DNA of 64,000 bases from a virus (lineage: Duplodnaviria; Caudoviricetes): positions 1,540 through 65,539 of the IMG/VR virus record IMGVR_UViG_3300042991_000365; one strand, 5' to 3'. A program made the position numbers and the translations under genes. The stretch's first letter is position 1. Every line of letters starts with the position of its first letter. Positions 30,970 through 40,020 of the stretch are shown one piece after another. A model generated the notes under the pieces. That model was not told the origin of the DNA. It made no database searches and saw nothing but the letters and a program-made list of their open reading frames with translations.

Positions 30970-31870
30970 AATTATGGCTGAGAATAAGCCTCATTGTAGA
31001 ATTCTTTGGAAACCTTATTTTTTAGTTTCTTTTCCACTATCTTTTGGATAGTAAATCCTAACGACGGTTTTTTAAGTTAACCACTCTTTATGTTGTCAAA
31101 TACTCTCTTGTTACTCATAACTTCTTTAAGATGCCTCTCAAACTAAACCTTGCGGGTATAAAGTACTTTCTCAAAAATCTTGCAGGAATTGGGTTCCATA
31201 CAAGGCTGTGAACACTCACAACTAAGTAGTCGCCTTTCTCTGACAACAGGTGAACTCTTTTCCTTTTATTTTATTTTTAATTTTTACATCAATTGTAATT
31301 TAAAAGTAACTAGTTTGTGGATTTATGAAAGTTGCGGTTCACCAATTAGCTTTCCCATCTTTTGAACAGAAAAATACTAAACAACTCTCTGCGATATCCC
31401 TATCACCATATTTTAAGTCAACTAGAACTTGTCAAATGTCTTGGTAAACATTAGTTTACAAAAATAACAGCACCACCTGTACATTATGTAAATGTTCACA
31501 TTACCTTTCGGTTTTAAGCTAACTTTCATATTGAATAACGCAATGATGTGATTGGACGTCACACTTTTTGCAATATATTCTTTGGATTATTCTTGTTGCT
31601 GTTCCCAGCTCACCAAGACTACCCACATAGCCCTGGCATTAAACCACTTTCTCTACAGTGTTACCCTCGATACTTAAGGTTTAACGATATTCCAATTGCC
31701 TGCTTGAGCAAAATATTTCTATTTTGCCGCAAGTGACTTAAACTAATAATCCACTCACTTTATACTACTTTCATAGTTTATTTAAAGACTACAGGCAGCC
31801 TATTTATCTGTTTTCATTAAACATATCATCAACCGAAATTGACTCTACACCTAATTAAAAACAGAGTATA
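30970..31870 (-). ncRNA. candidate giant structured ncRNA (~900 nt, ROOL/GOLLD scale)
   Basis: No credible ORF, raised GC, many hairpins with GNRA loops, own promoters and terminator. Confidence 0.75.
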
Positions 31871-31885
31871 TTTTTTCAAAAAAAA

Positions 31886-31927
31886 TCAAAGAACTTATTA
31901 AAAAATGTTAGCACTTCTGCTAACATT
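31886..31927 (-). promoter_or_regulatory. boxB-like hairpin and boxA-like antitermination element
   Basis: AATGTTAGCA-GAAG-TGCTAACATT followed by AAGTTCTTTGA. Confidence 0.55.
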
Positions 31928-32061
31928 AAATTATAGTGCAAAAATAAAAAAAGTTTTTGTTTTCACCAAATATTTTTTACATTTTTTTCAAAATAATTTT
32001 TAACATTTCTGCTAACATTAAATTATAGTGCAAAAATAAAAAAAGTTTTTGATTTTACAAA
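31915..32061 (-). promoter_or_regulatory. tandem Bacteroidota sigmaA promoters in 45 nt direct repeat
   Basis: Repeat 31915-31959 / 32007-32051; TTTG-N20-TATTTTTG and TTTG-N19-TATTTTTG on minus strand. Confidence 0.8.
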
Positions 32062-32068
32062 AAAAAAA

Positions 32069-32803
32069 TTAAAAAATTTTATCATCTGTTGAAAGTTTTC
32101 CATATTCAATGTTATTATATTCATTTGGATTCATTATTAATTTTTCTAAATAATAATCTGATATTAATCTATTACTTGCATTAGAATCTAATAACGATAC
32201 TTTTTTATCATCTAAATATTTTCCTTTATATGGATACATTTCTATAAAATCATCTTGTTGTTCTATACATGGTGATAAGTGTTCACTTAAATAATATACA
32301 TTTTTATTAATGTATGTAGTAAATCTTATTCTTAAATCGTGATCTTCATATCCATAATTTTTCATTGTTTCAATATAACCACCCAATTTATCGAAATTTT
32401 CTTTAGTCATTGCTATTCTACCAGCATTTTTTTGAAGTGTGGCTATAATAATATTGATATTTCTATTAAAATAATAATTGATGGCTGATATATAATCTTC
32501 TGTAATGTAATTATCACAATCCAAATCTATTGATATTTCACCAGTTGAATATCTATGAGCTATGTTTTTTGCATGAAATCTATCAAAATATTGTTTGTTT
32601 GCAACTTTTATATAAATAATATATTTATCTTCTATTTCTTTGCTAAAATTTTTCACCATGAATTCATGTAAATCATCTTTACTATCATAATTTACTAATA
32701 CTAATTCATAATTATATTTTTTTATTAAAGGTATATTTTTAAATATTGTAGCCTTTAAATATTCACTTCTATTCATGCATGTAGAGCAAAAAGAAAACTT
32801 CAT
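32069..32803 (-). CDS. GT-A fold glycosyltransferase (GT2/GT7-like)
   Basis: LVNYDS, DLDCD, LGGY...YGYEDHDL. Confidence 0.85.
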   Translation of the reverse strand: MKFSFCSTCMNRSEYLKATIFKNIPLIKKYNYELVLVNYDSKDDLHEFMVKNFSKEIEDKYIIYIKVANKQYFDRFHAKNIAHRYSTGEISIDLDCDNYITEDYISAINYYFNRNINIIIATLQKNAGRIAMTKENFDKLGGYIETMKNYGYEDHDLRIRFTTYINKNVYYLSEHLSPCIEQQDDFIEMYPYKGKYLDDKKVSLLDSNASNRLISDYYLEKLIMNPNEYNNIEYGKLSTDDKIF

Positions 32804-32839
32804 ATTATTTAATATTGTTTTATTAGTATATATACAATA

Positions 32840-34192
32840 TGAACTACTATTACACTAAAGATGTAATGGTTTCGTTAAAAAGATTAAACTTTTTAACAAC
32901 ATTAGATAAATCTAATGGCTCGTTCATAGAAGCAAAATGATTTTCAAACCATCTGTGTAGTATATTTATGGCTGAATTTAAATCACGGTCTATAATTATG
33001 GTATCTGACAATTGAACTTTTCTATCTTTCAATTCAATTTTGTTTTTAAATAATTTTCCAGTCAAACAATTTAATTGTGTCGTCCACTTTTCATCAATCT
33101 TTGTTAAATTGGTATTATTTGTTTGACATTTATATTTTAAAAATTCTAAAAACATATTAATATTAGATTTATGAAATGATTTACGAATTGTTTTTTTATT
33201 TTCATTCACACCATCACTTAACATTAATTTTTTGACATTCAGATCACCAATTACAATTGTGTTGTAATTCATATTCACTAATTTTTTACTCTGAATATGT
33301 AGAGTTTGATTTATTTGTTGATTTTTTTTATAATAACATTTATTTAATGTTCTTTTTAATAGTAAATTTCTATTTGAACCTTTTATTGTTTTACTTCTTT
33401 TATTCTGTATTTTCGCTATCTGTTTTTGATAATAATTATTTATTTTCTTTGATTTATTTTTAATAATAACTTCATTGCCTTTATTATCTATACCATGACA
33501 TAATTTATCTAAGCCTAAATCAATAGCAAGAACTCTGGTATTAATTAAAATTTCATCTTTATATTTTATACTATCATCAATAACTATATCACACAACCAT
33601 TTGTTTCTAATAAATTTAATTCTTATCTCTTTAATATTTAATTCATTTAAATTTAAATTTGATTTATATTTAAATGATATTTTATTGATAATTATTATAT
33701 TATTATTTTTAATAATCCAACCTGATTGATTCCAACAGATAGAATGATAATTATTATTTTCTATTTTTCTTGGTGGTCTTGCTGATTTGTCCTTTTTTAT
33801 TAAATTTAAAAATGAACGATATGATCCATATAATTCAGTAGATATAGTTTGAGTTGCTTTTGAATTTAATTTTTTCCAATCTGAAAATTGCTCCTTTAAT
33901 TCGGGAAGCATATTATTTAAATCAAATTTATTAAATATAGTTTTATTTGTTTCATAGGATTGTTGTTGTATATCAAGTAACTTATTCCATATATCTTTTC
34001 TTATGTCAGATAATTTTTGTAATTGATTTATTTGTTCTTTTGATGGAAATAATCTTATTTGATATGTCTTCAATTTTTATACAATATTTTTTATAATACT
34101 ATATATAAATTAAATGGTGTTATATATTCTAAATTTTTAAAAGTTTTTTGTTAAATTTATCAAAATATAATAAAGATGCAATTATTTTTTTA
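32840..34192 (-). mobile_element. non-autonomous IS200/IS605-family element (solo tnpB)
   Basis: Right end GAAAC-stem-TCTTTAG-stem-GTAGTTCA at 32840-32874; degenerate left end near 34143-34192. Confidence 0.7.
32850..34073 (-). CDS. tnpB: TnpB RNA-guided endonuclease
   Basis: KTYQIRLFP, AIDLG, IVIGDL, DRDLNSAINI. Confidence 0.9.
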   Translation of the reverse strand: MKTYQIRLFPSKEQINQLQKLSDIRKDIWNKLLDIQQQSYETNKTIFNKFDLNNMLPELKEQFSDWKKLNSKATQTISTELYGSYRSFLNLIKKDKSARPPRKIENNNYHSICWNQSGWIIKNNNIIIINKISFKYKSNLNLNELNIKEIRIKFIRNKWLCDIVIDDSIKYKDEILINTRVLAIDLGLDKLCHGIDNKGNEVIIKNKSKKINNYYQKQIAKIQNKRSKTIKGSNRNLLLKRTLNKCYYKKNQQINQTLHIQSKKLVNMNYNTIVIGDLNVKKLMLSDGVNENKKTIRKSFHKSNINMFLEFLKYKCQTNNTNLTKIDEKWTTQLNCLTGKLFKNKIELKDRKVQLSDTIIIDRDLNSAINILHRWFENHFASMNEPLDLSNVVKKFNLFNETITSLV

Positions 34193-34220
34193 CGGATCTC
34201 TATAAATGGTTTAGTTCAAA

Positions 34221-34553
34221 TTATAAGTTATATTTTTTTGATTTAATAACAAGTTGAATATCATCATCAGATACTAATTCATCATTACTTGATTCTTTTA
34301 CTATGAATAATACATCATAATTTTTTTTATATAATTCGTAAAAATGTACACACTTTTCTAATGATGTTGTTCTAACGACTGAATCTGGTTTAATTCTAGA
34401 TTCTTCATATAATTCTCCATTAGATTTAAAAAGTGTAATACTATATAAAGTATAATGTACTTCATCAATTACTATTTTTTGTTTGGCCTTATTAATAATA
34501 TTAATAATCTCATCGGGATATTCATTATCGGCATTAAATTTTTCTATTATCAT
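34221..34553 (-). CDS. KYNI-tail family protein
   Basis: MIIEKFN...SKKYNL. Confidence 0.82.
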   Translation of the reverse strand: MIIEKFNADNEYPDEIINIINKAKQKIVIDEVHYTLYSITLFKSNGELYEESRIKPDSVVRTTSLEKCVHFYELYKKNYDVLFIVKESSNDELVSDDDIQLVIKSKKYNL

Positions 34554-34612
34554 ATTAAATTTTAATTATAGTTTTTAATATATATTAAAAAACAAATATA
34601 CACATATTTAAT

Positions 34613-34915
34613 ATGAAATATATAAAAAAATATGAAAACATTAATTCTGACCTGAAAGTAGGTGATTATGTTTTGATAAAATCTACTTTTTCAATTGAAA
34701 AATTAAAGGATTTTATTAATAAGACAATAGGCCAAATAACTCAAATTGATATTGATAATATTGTATATGTAAAATATACTAAAATTCCGTTTGAATTAAT
34801 ACAATATTTTGATGCTAATGGTGGGAGATATTTTCAAAATAAACAAATAATAGAATTTGATAAAGATATTGAAAAATTAAAATTAAAAATAGACTCCAAA
34901 AAATATAATATATGA
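34613..34915 (+). CDS. KYNI-tail family protein
   Basis: MKYIKKYE..KVGDYV...SKKYNI; paralog of 37712. Confidence 0.85.
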   Translation: MKYIKKYENINSDLKVGDYVLIKSTFSIEKLKDFINKTIGQITQIDIDNIVYVKYTKIPFELIQYFDANGGRYFQNKQIIEFDKDIEKLKLKIDSKKYNI

Positions 34916-35211
34916 TAACTAAATTTAAAATATTTGAAAACAATACTGATTTTAAAAAATATTTTATATCAGATTTTTTTGATATTTTAGCAATATTTGA
35001 AATTTTAAATATTAACACTAAAAACTCCACAGCCAAAATAAAATTATTATATTCATATGATAATGAAAAATTTGTAAATGATACAGATAGTACACCATAT
35101 TTTAAACCTTTAGTAATATTAAATAATAAAATATTATACTCTTCTAATAGCCTTGAAGATTGTTTAGATGTAATTAAAACTTTGAAAGATATAAACAACT
35201 ATAATATATAA
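34912..35211 (+). CDS. KYNI-tail family protein
   Basis: KFKIFE...INNYNI. Confidence 0.82.
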   Translation: MITKFKIFENNTDFKKYFISDFFDILAIFEILNINTKNSTAKIKLLYSYDNEKFVNDTDSTPYFKPLVILNNKILYSSNSLEDCLDVIKTLKDINNYNI

Positions 35212-35218
35212 AAAATAT

Positions 35219-35803
35219 ATGAAGGATAGAATAATTAATATAATAGATGAGTCTATTTCAGTAAAGAAATCAATTTTAAAAGATAATAAATTAATAGAAA
35301 CTATTAATGATGTAACAAATGTTATTATTGATTGTTATAAAAATGGTGGAAAAGTTCTTTTTTGTGGAAATGGTGGAAGTGCTGCTGATGCACAACATTT
35401 AGCTGCAGAATTATCGGGTCGATTTTATTTTGATAGAAATCCATTATTTGCAGAAGCTTTACATGTTAATACATCTTATGTTACTGCTGTTGCTAATGAT
35501 TATGGATATGATAATATATACTCACGGTTAGTCATAGCAATGGGTAGGAAGAATGATATTCTAATTGGACTATCAACATCAGGCAACTCAAAAAACATCA
35601 TTAAATCATTTGAGGCTGCACAGGAAATAGGTATGAAAACAATAGCATTTACTGGTAATGATGGTGGAGAACTTAAAAAATTTTCAGATTACATTATTAA
35701 TATACCTTCAAATGATACACCAAGAATACAAGAATCTCATATAATGATTGGTCATATAGTTTGTGAATTAGTTGAAGATATATTATTTAAAAATAGTGAG
35801 TAA
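35219..35803 (+). CDS. gmhA: phosphoheptose isomerase
   Basis: CGNGGSAADAQH, NDYG, STSGNS, RIQESH. Confidence 0.95.
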   Translation: MKDRIINIIDESISVKKSILKDNKLIETINDVTNVIIDCYKNGGKVLFCGNGGSAADAQHLAAELSGRFYFDRNPLFAEALHVNTSYVTAVANDYGYDNIYSRLVIAMGRKNDILIGLSTSGNSKNIIKSFEAAQEIGMKTIAFTGNDGGELKKFSDYIINIPSNDTPRIQESHIMIGHIVCELVEDILFKNSE

Positions 35804-35956
35804 AATTGCTGTATAAATAACCACTGGTACGCTAGCGGATCAAACCGAATTTAATCTATTTATATAATCTACTAATATCATCTACTTTTAAGGCTGTTAC
35901 GGGTTAGGTAACCGACAATACTTCAACATCCTTTCAGACAACAATATTACTCACTT
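35795..35956 (-). ncRNA. candidate ~160 nt RNA with long closing stem
   Basis: AGTGAGTAATATTGTTGT pairs with ACAGCAATTTTACTCACT (one mismatch, one G-U). Confidence 0.5.
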
Positions 35957-35960
35957 TTAG

Positions 35961-36051
35961 ATAGAGCGGTCAGACTCGAACTGACATATCTTTTTATTAT
36001 TAATAAAAGTGTAATTCCCTAAAGCTTTTTTGGCTTTTTACAACGCTCTAT
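35961..36051 (-). tRNA. tRNA-like element / pseudo-tRNA, anticodon unassignable
   Basis: TAGAGCG/CGCTCTA acceptor stem, T-arm GTCAG-TTCGAGT-CTGAC; atypical D and anticodon arms; TAAGTTTG promoter at 36056-36063. Confidence 0.65.
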
Positions 36052-36074
36052 AATGCAAACTTAATAAATTTTTT

Positions 36075-36083
36075 TAATATATA
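36075..36083 (+). promoter_or_regulatory. putative phage late-promoter motif TAATATATA
   Basis: Same motif at 4619, 34576, 44090, 45709 and related TTTTATATATA at 20841, each just upstream of a start codon. Confidence 0.55.
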
Positions 36084-36090
36084 CAAAAAT

Positions 36091-36378
36091 ATGAAGCATT
36101 TAAAGACATATGAATCTGAAGTTGATAATGATTTTAAATTTAATATAGGTGATGTGGTTATATGTATTAAAAATACATGGCCAATTGAAAATATGAAATT
36201 AGGTGAAACATATATAGTTCTTGATAGAAAAAAATATAGTGGTATTAACTATTATGGTGTATCTGATACCGATGGTTATGGAATAGAAAGCATATTAATT
36301 CCAGATGAATTAGCCTTTTACGGTGAGAAGATATTTGTAACACCGCTTGAATATAATGCTGATAAATATAATATATGA
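36091..36378 (+). CDS. KYNI-tail family protein
   Basis: MKHLKTYE..FNIGDVVICIK...ADKYNI. Confidence 0.88.
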   Translation: MKHLKTYESEVDNDFKFNIGDVVICIKNTWPIENMKLGETYIVLDRKKYSGINYYGVSDTDGYGIESILIPDELAFYGEKIFVTPLEYNADKYNI

Positions 36379-36644
36379 AATATTTAAAAACATATGAAGT
36401 CTCTAATACAAAAGAACCAAATTTTAAAAAAGGTGACTACGTTTATTGTATTGATCCAAGCTATAATCATGGTGAAAAATTACATCCATATAAACATGTT
36501 GATACAGATATAAAATATTGTGTAGATTTTGTTTATAAAAACCAAGGAGTGTGGTTTTGTAATTTAAAAGGTAAAGGTCCAAATTTCTATTGCACTAGTT
36601 TTATACCAGAAGCAGAATATGATGCAAAAAAATATAATATATGA
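36375..36644 (+). CDS. KYNI-tail family protein
   Basis: MKYLKTYE..FKKGDYVYC...AKKYNI. Confidence 0.88.
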   Translation: MKYLKTYEVSNTKEPNFKKGDYVYCIDPSYNHGEKLHPYKHVDTDIKYCVDFVYKNQGVWFCNLKGKGPNFYCTSFIPEAEYDAKKYNI

Positions 36645-36982
36645 AATATTTAAAGACATATGAGAATTTTATGGATTTAAAATTTAAAGACCTTAAAGAA
36701 TATATACTTTTAAAAAGAGGTGATAGTGGTGGTTTTGATATATTCAAAATTAGTAAAAAAAATTTTAATAACATTGAACCAAAATGTAAAGTGAGAAGAA
36801 TATATACTATTAGTAATAAAGGAATAAAAAAAATACAAGATCTTAATAAAACTAAAACTGTTGATGATTTATATATTAGATTTAGATTTATTATAGAATA
36901 TATGGTTGATCATTCAGACGATATAGATAAATTATTAGAAATAGCAGAATTAAAAATTGCAACAAAGAAATATAATATATGA
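36641..36982 (+). CDS. KYNI-tail family protein
   Basis: MKYLKTYE...TKKYNI. Confidence 0.88.
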   Translation: MKYLKTYENFMDLKFKDLKEYILLKRGDSGGFDIFKISKKNFNNIEPKCKVRRIYTISNKGIKKIQDLNKTKTVDDLYIRFRFIIEYMVDHSDDIDKLLEIAELKIATKKYNI

Positions 36983-37284
36983 AATATTTAAAAACACACG
37001 AAAGTTTTAAAGATTGGACTCCAAGTACATATCAAAAAAACGATTTGGTTATTATTGAATCTGATTGGTTAGAGAGTATAGCAAAAGTTATTAATGTGTT
37101 ACCAAGTGATAATTTTAAAGATGATACAGAATATAAATTGGAATGTAAAACAAAAATAAGTTCTGACATGATAAATGAATATGTCATAATATCTGCAATA
37201 GAAAAAGAGATTGTAAGAAAGTTAACTCCTTCAGAAATAATTGAATATAATTTACGAGAAGATGCAAAAAAATATAATATATGA
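36979..37284 (+). CDS. KYNI-tail family protein
   Basis: MKYLKTHE...AKKYNI. Confidence 0.88.
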   Translation: MKYLKTHESFKDWTPSTYQKNDLVIIESDWLESIAKVINVLPSDNFKDDTEYKLECKTKISSDMINEYVIISAIEKEIVRKLTPSEIIEYNLREDAKKYNI

Positions 37285-37715
37285 GATATATTAAAACATA
37301 TGAAGATAGTGAAAATATAGAAGAACTTAAAAAAGATCTTAAAAAATTATTATTGCACATAAGAAGAATATTGAACAATTATTATAGTTCAACAGTGGAT
37401 TTTGGTGATGATCAATATAGTATTTATTTTTCAAATATTTCAGTACCAACACAAAGGGTAATAGATATACAAGGTGAGTTTTCAAGTTCTTTAACATTTT
37501 TATCAATAACATTAAGAATTGGAAGTATTTATGATGATTTTCCTAAATTTTTACAAGAATACTTTAAAACCATTTCTGGACTTGAATTATATAATGAAAG
37601 TCCCAGTTTTTACAATACTCAATTTAAAATAACTGGAGACATGGATGATATAATAAATCAAATTTCAAAAGAAGATATTGAAATTAAATCAAATTCAAAT
37701 AAGTATAATATATGA
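37281..37715 (+). CDS. KYNI-tail family protein
   Basis: MRYIKTYE...SNKYNI. Confidence 0.88.
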   Translation: MRYIKTYEDSENIEELKKDLKKLLLHIRRILNNYYSSTVDFGDDQYSIYFSNISVPTQRVIDIQGEFSSSLTFLSITLRIGSIYDDFPKFLQEYFKTISGLELYNESPSFYNTQFKITGDMDDIINQISKEDIEIKSNSNKYNI

Positions 37716-38026
37716 AACATTTAAAAACATTTGAGAATATAAATGGACCACAAATTGGTGATTATGTATTAATTAGTATGAAAGGTAGTTATAATAATGA
37801 TAACAGTATTGATTTTTTTATTAATAATAATATAGGACAAATTATTAAATTTGATGAAAATATGAGACTGGTTAAATATTCAAATGTACCAGGAAATATC
37901 AAAATGAAAAACAAATTTAATAAAGATGGTTCTATTTGGATAGGTAACGCATTTAAAACTGTAGCCTTTGGTAAAACAAAAGAAGAACTAGAATTAAAAA
38001 TGGATATGAAAAAATATAATATATGA
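37712..38026 (+). CDS. KYNI-tail family protein
   Basis: MKHLKTFE..PQIGDYV...MKKYNI. Confidence 0.88.
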   Translation: MKHLKTFENINGPQIGDYVLISMKGSYNNDNSIDFFINNNIGQIIKFDENMRLVKYSNVPGNIKMKNKFNKDGSIWIGNAFKTVAFGKTKEELELKMDMKKYNI

Positions 38027-38466
38027 AACATTTAAAAACATATGAATCAATAAAAAATTTGAATTTCAAATTAAAAGATAATTCAATGTATATATTTTAT
38101 GATTATGAAATGGGACTGAATAAAGTTGAAAAATTTTTAAAATTATATTTAATAAATAATACTATAAATAAATCTATGAAAGAGTTTCTTAAAAATGTTG
38201 AAAGCAAAAAACGTTTTAATAAAAATAAAGGAGCAATATTATATTATATTGACGGTTATGAAAATTCTCAATTTGACGTATTTGATTATTATAACAGTAG
38301 AAAAAATAAAGGTGATAATAGAAATTTAAAATATTATTTAAGGAATTATTATAGTTATAATATAGAATATATAGATATTAAAAACGATAAAATTATTTCT
38401 TTATCTAAAGAAGAATTTATAGATAAAATTAATTTTATTAATGATGCAAATAAATATAATATATGA
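38023..38466 (+). CDS. KYNI-tail family protein
   Basis: MKHLKTYE...ANKYNI. Confidence 0.88.
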   Translation: MKHLKTYESIKNLNFKLKDNSMYIFYDYEMGLNKVEKFLKLYLINNTINKSMKEFLKNVESKKRFNKNKGAILYYIDGYENSQFDVFDYYNSRKNKGDNRNLKYYLRNYYSYNIEYIDIKNDKIISLSKEEFIDKINFINDANKYNI

Positions 38467-38756
38467 AACATTTAAAAGCATTTGAAAAAATTGAAGATGA
38501 TAGATTAGCAGTTAAATTAGCTAATTATGAATATGATGATTCTAAAACATATGATATACCCAGATTTGAAGTTGGAGATATTGTTTATGCTGATCCTAAA
38601 CTAATACAAAATATGTCTATGATAAACAAAGAATTAAAAGTTATGAAAGTTTTTCCAACTTGTTATTATGTTGTAGATAGATATCCAAATTTTGCACTTT
38701 CTCAAAAAAGATTAATATCAGAAGAAGAATATAATGTAAATAAATATAATTTATAA
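38463..38756 (+). CDS. KYNI-tail family protein
   Basis: MKHLKAFE..FEVGDIV...VNKYNL. Confidence 0.88.
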   Translation: MKHLKAFEKIEDDRLAVKLANYEYDDSKTYDIPRFEVGDIVYADPKLIQNMSMINKELKVMKVFPTCYYVVDRYPNFALSQKRLISEEEYNVNKYNL

Positions 38757-39185
38757 TTTCATATTTTCTAATTGTTCTTTAGTAAATTTCAAAGAATGTC
38801 CATCAATTCCTATTTGAACAAAAACTGCTGTTGTTGAACAAACTAATATTTCTTTTTCAAATGCTCTTGGTAATAAATCTTCATCTTTACTATCTTTAAA
38901 AACCAAATACATAAAATTTTTAACTTTTGCTTCCAGTTTTATAGTCATTGAGCTATTACCAATATTTGCAACCTCACCGTATATTTTTATGTGGTCATTA
39001 ACTTTGACTGGTAGTTTAAATAATACTTCTTCAATTTTTAAAGTAACCATATTTTTATTACAAGCTTTATCTGTTGCTAAAAGAAATCCAGATTCATCTA
39101 ACCACGATAACATTACACCACCGAATAAATTATCATTTATTCCGATATCACTTGTCTTACAAACTTTTGTTGATATTAATTCCAT
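38751..39185 (-). CDS. acyl-CoA thioesterase, hotdog fold
   Basis: NLFGGVMLSWLDE, FKLPVKV, GNSSM. Confidence 0.88.
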   Translation of the reverse strand: MELISTKVCKTSDIGINDNLFGGVMLSWLDESGFLLATDKACNKNMVTLKIEEVLFKLPVKVNDHIKIYGEVANIGNSSMTIKLEAKVKNFMYLVFKDSKDEDLLPRAFEKEILVCSTTAVFVQIGIDGHSLKFTKEQLENMKL

Positions 39186-39438
39186 TTTCAATATTTTTTA
39201 ATTTTTGTTTTCTTAATTTTTTTAAATCTCTAAAATTTTTATCTACATATGCTTTAGTAAAATCGCCATATTCATTTCCATACATTATATGATCTAATGT
39301 AATAAATAAGATATTATCATGTATATCATTATCAATATGTAAGATTTCATATGTTTCACCTTTTATAAATAATGGATCACCTAACATATTAATAATTTGT
39401 TTTATACAAATTAATTTATCACCTTTTTTATATTTCAT
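39157..39438 (-). CDS. RxxKLxKI-tail family protein
   Basis: KYKKGDKLICIK..GETYEI...LRKQKLKNIE. Confidence 0.75.
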   Translation of the reverse strand: MKYKKGDKLICIKQIINMLGDPLFIKGETYEILHIDNDIHDNILFITLDHIMYGNEYGDFTKAYVDKNFRDLKKLRKQKLKNIENGININKSL

Positions 39439-39439
39439 T

Positions 39440-39877
39440 TTAAAAATATCTTTCCTCTAATTCATAATAACCAATTTCAGTTGCATCAATTAATTTTGGA
39501 TCATTAAAATTTGAATATAACACATAACACTCACTACCAAAATCATATGCAATTATATATTCTTCATTATTAAAATTAAATCCAAAAGAAAAATTAGTCC
39601 TTGTTAAATTGGTTATATTTGGTGATTTTGACATTTTTTTATAAAATTTATCAAAATCTTTTTTAATATATTTTGTGTCTGGTGTTTCTTTTGTTAATTG
39701 ACTTCTAAATATGCTCACTTGCATTTCAAGACCATCTTTGCTATTATTATTTATTTGATAAAATTGATTTTTTAATTCTGATGACATTGTATCACCTAAT
39801 GTAATTTTGCCACCTGTTTTCTGAAGTTCTTTAAACTTATTAAACATATCTTCTTTTTCTTCTTCAAATGTTTTCAT
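39440..39877 (-). CDS. hypothetical protein
   Basis: Likely start MKTFEEE. Confidence 0.7.
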   Translation of the reverse strand: MKTFEEEKEDMFNKFKELQKTGGKITLGDTMSSELKNQFYQINNNSKDGLEMQVSIFRSQLTKETPDTKYIKKDFDKFYKKMSKSPNITNLTRTNFSFGFNFNNEEYIIAYDFGSECYVLYSNFNDPKLIDATEIGYYELEERYF

Positions 39878-40020
39878 ATTTATCATTTTTATTGTTTTTG
39901 CATTTATCTTTATAATTTTTATAAATTTTAACAAATGTCGGATTTTCTGCCATTAGTTGTGCTAATTTTTTACCACATGGACAGTTTTCTAATTCGTTAT
40001 TTTCTAATTGACCTAATTTT

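Noticed and set aside
31180-31736. Two short + strand ORFs (31180..31365, 31548..31736)
   Set aside because: Non-ATG starts, atypical composition, antisense to the promoter/terminator-defined RNA.
30970-31870. rRNA fragment, tmRNA, RNase P or intron
   Set aside because: No universal rRNA, tmRNA or RNase P motifs recognised and no interrupted exon pair; left as unclassified ncRNA.
36091-38756. Periodic repeat resembling a CRISPR array or integron attC sites
   Set aside because: Repeats are coding junctions 270-440 nt apart, degenerate and non-palindromic; no cas or integrase gene in the window.
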